NCBI GenBank assembly: GCA_964447495.1
Contig: CAYUTF010000092.1
Span: 1-11,900, forward strand
Source of the DNA: an uncultured archaeon
Lineage (GTDB): Archaea > Asgardarchaeota > Lokiarchaeia > Sigyniarchaeales > SOKP01
DNA length: 11,900 bases
Direction of reading: 5' to 3'
Shown: piece after piece, positions 7,953-11,900 of the stretch
Layout of the letters: each line of letters starts with the position of its first letter
Numbering within the stretch: the first letter of the stretch is position 1
The notes under the pieces: model-generated
What the model was told of the DNA's origin: nothing
What the model saw: the letters and a program-made list of their open reading frames with translations, nothing else
The model's database searches: none
Made by a program: the position numbers and the translations under genes

Positions 7953-9455
7953 AGATTGAGGGGTTGGAGTAATAAAAACTCTTTTTTCTGCTCCAAAAAA
8001 CAGATAAGCTTTCCCTGCAAGAGGTTCTGAATAACTATATTGATGGGCTCCTATAAGAAAATCATCATAATCATCCCCATTAACATCACCAATTCCTGCT
8101 AATGAACTCGATGAGGTGTCGCCATTTTTCTCTCCGATAAATGAAGCATCTGCATTTTGAATGGGAGTATCCATATTCCAACTAGAGTCTTTTCCAAATA
8201 TTAAGTATGTTTTTCCACGGGAACCTCCACTTATATATCCTATTGCACCAAGAAGAATATCATTATAAGTATCATTATTTATATCATATGCTCCAGTTAA
8301 GTAATTACCCAAAAGATCATTATGATTTTCACCATGGAAAGAAGCATCTGCATCTGATAAGTTGTATACTGAATTCCATGTCTCTTTACCAAAAATGATA
8401 TAAGCCTGTCCAGCACTACTTTCAGATTCATCGTTGCCAGGAGCACCTATCATGAAGTCATTATAACCATCACCGTTTATATCGCCTACTCCGGAAACAG
8501 CACTACCAGATAGATCATATTCCTTTTCCCCATTGAAAGTCACATCTGCATTTGTAAGATTCACATCAGTATTCCATCCCAATTCTTTACCAAAGATCAA
8601 ATAAGACTGGCCAGCACTAGTTCCTAATTCGTCATTTAGATATGCGCCTATTAAAAAGTCACCAAAATTATCTCCATTTACATCCCCCAATCCAGATATT
8701 GAAAAGCCTGCATGATCAGACTCTTTTACTCCTGTAAAAGAAGCATTACAATTTGAAAGACTGATATCCATTTCCCAATCAGATTCTCTTCCAAAAATTA
8801 GATATATTTTCCCTGCGTTGCTTGCATATTCATCATTCCACTTATCTCCTATCAAGATATCATCATAATTATCTCCATTTACATCCTTGATAATGTCGAT
8901 GGAATTTCCTGCTCTATCACTCATTATTTCTCCCAAGAAAGAGGCATCAGCATTAGCTAGGCTTGTATTTAGTCCCCATCCTGAAGCTTTACCTAAAATT
9001 AAATAGATCTGACCATCAGTTTCTCCAGTTTCATCATTCAAGGGGGCTGAAATGAGAAGATCGTCAAACCCATCCCCATTAACATCACCTCCTCCACCAA
9101 GTGCATGTCCGGATTCATCTCCACTTAATTCCCCGATAAATGTAGCATTAGCATTAGCAAGATCAAAGATTTCTGGCCAATTTGATGTTCTTCCAAAAAA
9201 TATGTATGTTTGACCTGCGTTCTGAGAATTTACATCACTTCTCGACGCACTAATACAAAAATCGGATATAGTATCTCCATTTAGATCCCCTACTCCTATT
9301 AAGGATTGACCAAAATAATCTTGAGAAGCTAGACCATAAAATGAAGTATCTGCTTTTTCAATTCCTACATTTGATTGCCAAGCAACTATAGATGAGCTGA
9401 AGATCATTATAAATAAGATAAAAATACCAAGAGTTAGGAAGAATTTTTTATTCAT
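7863..9455 (-). CDS. Secreted, membrane-anchored FG-GAP repeat (integrin-alpha-like) beta-propeller protein with an IPGY (Loki-CTERM-like) sorting signal
   Basis: Signal peptide MNKKFFLTLGIFILFIMIFSSSIVA, seven DxN(G/N)DxxxD repeats each followed by GA-type and GxxYxxFG strands, a TPTP linker, IPGY, a TM helix and a basic tail KKEFK. Confidence 0.9.
   Translation of the reverse strand: MNKKFFLTLGIFILFIMIFSSSIVAWQSNVGIEKADTSFYGLASQDYFGQSLIGVGDLNGDTISDFCISASRSDVNSQNAGQTYIFFGRTSNWPEIFDLANANATFIGELSGDESGHALGGGGDVNGDGFDDLLISAPLNDETGETDGQIYLILGKASGWGLNTSLANADASFLGEIMSDRAGNSIDIIKDVNGDNYDDILIGDKWNDEYASNAGKIYLIFGRESDWEMDISLSNCNASFTGVKESDHAGFSISGLGDVNGDNFGDFLIGAYLNDELGTSAGQSYLIFGKELGWNTDVNLTNADVTFNGEKEYDLSGSAVSGVGDINGDGYNDFMIGAPGNDESESSAGQAYIIFGKETWNSVYNLSDADASFHGENHNDLLGNYLTGAYDINNDTYNDILLGAIGYISGGSRGKTYLIFGKDSSWNMDTPIQNADASFIGEKNGDTSSSSLAGIGDVNGDDYDDFLIGAHQYSYSEPLAGKAYLFFGAEKRVFITPTPQSIPGYANLIVIITSVIAIISVAFANKKEFK
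8073..9290 (-). repeat. Seven intragenic FG-GAP repeats
   Basis: The Ca-loop motifs begin at 9290, 9089, 8888, 8687, 8486, 8288 and 8090, spaced 201, 201, 201, 201, 198 and 198 nt. Confidence 0.9.
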
Positions 9456-9532
9456 TTTTATTACCTAAATTTAATTTAATGAATAATTATTCGAATTCAT
9501 ATAAATAATTTTCACTTTCTTATTACAAAATA

Positions 9533-9550
9533 GTCAAAAGCCATTTTGAC
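9533..9550. promoter_or_regulatory. Possible transcription-factor operator (inverted repeat)
   Basis: GTCAAAA-gcca-TTTTGAC lies about 30 bp upstream of the minus-strand TATA (TTTATAT, ~9499-9505) of the FG-GAP gene. Confidence 0.35.
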
Positions 9551-9680
9551 CATTTGGTTTAGATACGAGTTAGAATTAAAATAATTGTAAAAGAATAAAA
9601 ATTTTTAATTTCAATAAAACAGGAGATAAGAACTAATCCCTTTTTCAATTAGATTCTATGAGATATAGCACTTTATATCT

Positions 9681-10313
9681 TTAATTCAATTTTTTTAGAA
9701 ATTTTCTTTTTCTTTTTTGAAGTATTGGTGCTTTATATCCAAGTAAATTATCAAATACTATTTCTTGCTTTAGTTGAGGACGAAAGATAAATTTATAATA
9801 CTTTTTTTTCCAGTAAAATCGTAGACTGTTAAGATATATTGCTAATTCTTTTATTTGCTGGGGGTCTATATTTGTATATGTGGTTATAATTTCTTCTTCT
9901 GTATTAAATTCAATATTTCTTTTTAATAAAGTGCCATCTGTTTTTAAAACATAAATAGTACCATTTAGTAATAAATTCTTTTCTTTATTATGGGTCAATC
10001 CAAGATATTGAGCATACAACTTAAAATATTGATTAATTTTAGCGTCTAGATAATTCTTTTGAATTACATCTCGATTTTTATTTTTTATTAGATCCTTCAA
10101 CTGCAATTCCTCTATTTGAGTTTCCTTTGTTTGAAGTATTTCATAATATTTCACCTGGAGGTTAGTAAAGATTAGCAACTCTATATCACTATAAAAATCT
10201 TGTACTTCACGTGCTAAAATTCTATCATCTTTAATATGATCCCAAATTACAAAAAAAAGGACTGCTATGGAGACTCCCAAACTAAGATATACTATAGCAT
10301 CCGTGGAATTCAT
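9681..10313 (-). CDS. Hypothetical membrane-anchored protein
   Basis: 210-aa ORF with an N-terminal TM (AIVYLSLGVSIAVLFFVIW), a helical soluble region and a polybasic C-terminus KRKRKFLKKLN; no family recognised. Confidence 0.75.
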   Translation of the reverse strand: MNSTDAIVYLSLGVSIAVLFFVIWDHIKDDRILAREVQDFYSDIELLIFTNLQVKYYEILQTKETQIEELQLKDLIKNKNRDVIQKNYLDAKINQYFKLYAQYLGLTHNKEKNLLLNGTIYVLKTDGTLLKRNIEFNTEEEIITTYTNIDPQQIKELAIYLNSLRFYWKKKYYKFIFRPQLKQEIVFDNLLGYKAPILQKRKRKFLKKLN

Positions 10314-10412
10314 CTTTTTTCCATCTAGTTTATTATTTTAGATTGATATATAATATGATACTTAATATTATTTACTTATTGTTTATAAAATCATTATAAA
10401 ATTTTTCTCTGT

Positions 10413-11222
10413 CTAATTTAGGACTTTAAAAGGCATCTCTGAATCAGATTTTCGAGAAAGCTTTTTAGGACCAGCATAGATAATAACAATGATTAAATAA
10501 ATCCCAATCATTATTCCACCACCAATATAGAAAACCATTTGAGGTAATAATCCTAAATATCCAGTAATAAAAGCTCCATTAAAGTTAAAGCAGAAATGAA
10601 ATAATACGGCGATTATCAAACTTCCTTTAGTATTATTATACCCCCATGTTATTAAAATTGAAATTACAAGATTTAGGAAAATAAATATGTAAAAAGGTAT
10701 ACGGGTTTCAACAAAATATAACGGGATATGCCAACAACCCCATATCAATCCTAAAACCAAGCTTGAAGTTAAGGCACTAAATTTTGATTCAAGTCTTGGT
10801 AAAGCAAACCCTCTCCATCCTGCTTCCTCGCTTAAAGGACCGGATAATAGAGTAGTTAACAAGTAAAATAGAAACAAAGGAAAAGTTAATCCAGTTACTG
10901 GTCCTGGCGCGCTTCCTCCAAGTAAAAGATAAATCCCCGAAAAAATAAGCGGAGCAATCATTAACAGAAATGCGGCTAAGTACCATTTATAACCTACTTT
11001 CCATTTTAGAAATCCCTTTAAGAGGATTTTTACTTCTGTCCAACCTCCAATTAACCAAGAAGTAATCAAAGCGGCTATTGTTGGATTCCAAACTGAAAAA
11101 AACCAATAAATTATGAAATCTAAACCCCAAAATAATCTAAGAATAACAGTTACAATCATTATCAGATAAGTTAATAAAAAATAGAAAGTAAGTGAATACT
11201 TTTTAATAAATTCTGAAGACAT
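10413..11222 (-). CDS. CPBP family (Abi/Rce1) intramembrane glutamic protease, copy 2
   Basis: EEAGWRG, WGCWH and HFCFN motifs; collinear paralog of 6947..7765. Confidence 0.92.
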   Translation of the reverse strand: MSSEFIKKYSLTFYFLLTYLIMIVTVILRLFWGLDFIIYWFFSVWNPTIAALITSWLIGGWTEVKILLKGFLKWKVGYKWYLAAFLLMIAPLIFSGIYLLLGGSAPGPVTGLTFPLFLFYLLTTLLSGPLSEEAGWRGFALPRLESKFSALTSSLVLGLIWGCWHIPLYFVETRIPFYIFIFLNLVISILITWGYNNTKGSLIIAVLFHFCFNFNGAFITGYLGLLPQMVFYIGGGIMIGIYLIIVIIYAGPKKLSRKSDSEMPFKVLN

Positions 11223-11240
11223 AATATATAAAATCTGACT

Positions 11241-11254
11241 TTTTTATATAAAAA
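11241..11254. promoter_or_regulatory. Palindromic TATA box in the divergent CPBP-2 / MBL intergenic region
   Basis: TTTTTATATAAAAA is self-complementary and centred about 26 nt upstream of the CPBP-2 ATG (11222). Confidence 0.55.
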
Positions 11255-11311
11255 GATTTCATAGCCCGATTTTTAATTAGTATTAAATTTTATTATTGCA
11301 TACTTTAATTT

Positions 11312-11900
11312 ATGGCGAATAGCACTCAACACTTCGAAATTTCAAAACTTAAAGAATATCTATATGTGATTAAAGAAAATATCTCTCTTGTTCATCCTGT
11401 TTATACAAATGATCCTTTGAATATGTATTTGATCTTAGGAGACCATTCTGCTCTTCTCCTTGATACCGGTTGTGGGCTTTCTCCTCTCAAACCAGTTGTT
11501 GAAGATTTAATTGCAGACCGGGAGTTAATCGTTTTAAATAGCCATACTCACTGGGATCATATCTTAGGAAATAAAGAATTCGGAGAAGTGTTTGTTCACG
11601 AAGAAGAAGCCCATATAGTTTCACGATCCTATGATGTTTCATATTTTCAAGACTCTCCTAACAAGAAAGTTATTCAAATATACGCAAATCAGAATTTTTT
11701 AATTCCTCCTGCTCCAGTTATAAAAACATTCAAAGATCAAGATGAATTTGACTTGGGTGGATTAAAAGTGAAAATTATACATTGCCCAGGACATTCCCCT
11801 GGGTCTATTTGCTTACTCTCGAGTAATAATGAACTTTTTACTTCTGATGTGGCCTATTATGGAGACATATTTTTACCAGAGAGAAATAAATTTTCTCAAG
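11312..11900 (+). CDS. MBL-fold metallo-hydrolase, 3' end beyond the window
   Basis: Not in the ORF track; translated by hand: MANSTQHFEISKLKEYLYVIKE...MYLILGDHSALLLDTGCG...VLNSHTHWDHILGN...DLGGLKVKIIHCPGHSPGSICLL...LFTSD. It has DTG, HxHxDH, PGHSPG and the downstream Asp. Confidence 0.93.
   Translation, partial: MANSTQHFEISKLKEYLYVIKENISLVHPVYTNDPLNMYLILGDHSALLLDTGCGLSPLKPVVEDLIADRELIVLNSHTHWDHILGNKEFGEVFVHEEEAHIVSRSYDVSYFQDSPNKKVIQIYANQNFLIPPAPVIKTFKDQDEFDLGGLKVKIIHCPGHSPGSICLLSSNNELFTSDVAYYGDIFLPERNKFSQ

Noticed and set aside
4023-8398. Short + strand ORFs 4023..4259, 6464..6646, 7467..7670, 7848..8030 and 8207..8398
   Set aside because: All are antisense to confident minus-strand genes and lack recognisable protein features.
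8073-9290. Regularly spaced DNA repeats resembling a CRISPR array
   Set aside because: The 198-201 nt spacing is a multiple of three, the repeats are degenerate and protein-coding, and no cas genes are present.
7766-10412. Segment between the CPBP copies as a mobile element
   Set aside because: No transposase, integrase, terminal inverted repeats or target-site duplication is visible; the flanks are diverged paralogs.
10789-10986. 65-aa same-strand alternative-frame ORF
   Set aside because: It is nested out of frame in CPBP copy 2 with no initiation signal or motif.

Overview
This is an AT-rich, gene-dense archaeal window. TATA/BRE promoters, oligo-T terminators, mostly leaderless first genes and an IPGY-type C-terminal sorting signal suggest an Asgard archaeon (Lokiarchaeia); that assignment is inference. 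From the left it encodes iorB-iorA (iorA truncated by the window edge), a divergent phytoene-desaturase-family FAD oxidoreductase, and a 734-bp intergenic region. That region holds a candidate small RNA with its own promoter, two hairpins, an anti-Shine-Dalgarno loop and a U-rich terminator. Next come acyl-CoA dehydrogenase/etfB/etfA, whose EtfA carries an N-terminal 2x[4Fe-4S] ferredoxin (bifurcating, CarCDE-like). Two paralogous CPBP (Abi/Rce1) intramembrane proteases then bracket a secreted 7-bladed FG-GAP (integrin-alpha-like) propeller with a Loki-CTERM-like anchor and an orphan membrane protein. A truncated MBL-fold hydrolase ends the window. The two most notable candidates are the sRNA at about 3236-3354 and the CPBP/CTERM surface-protein cassette.
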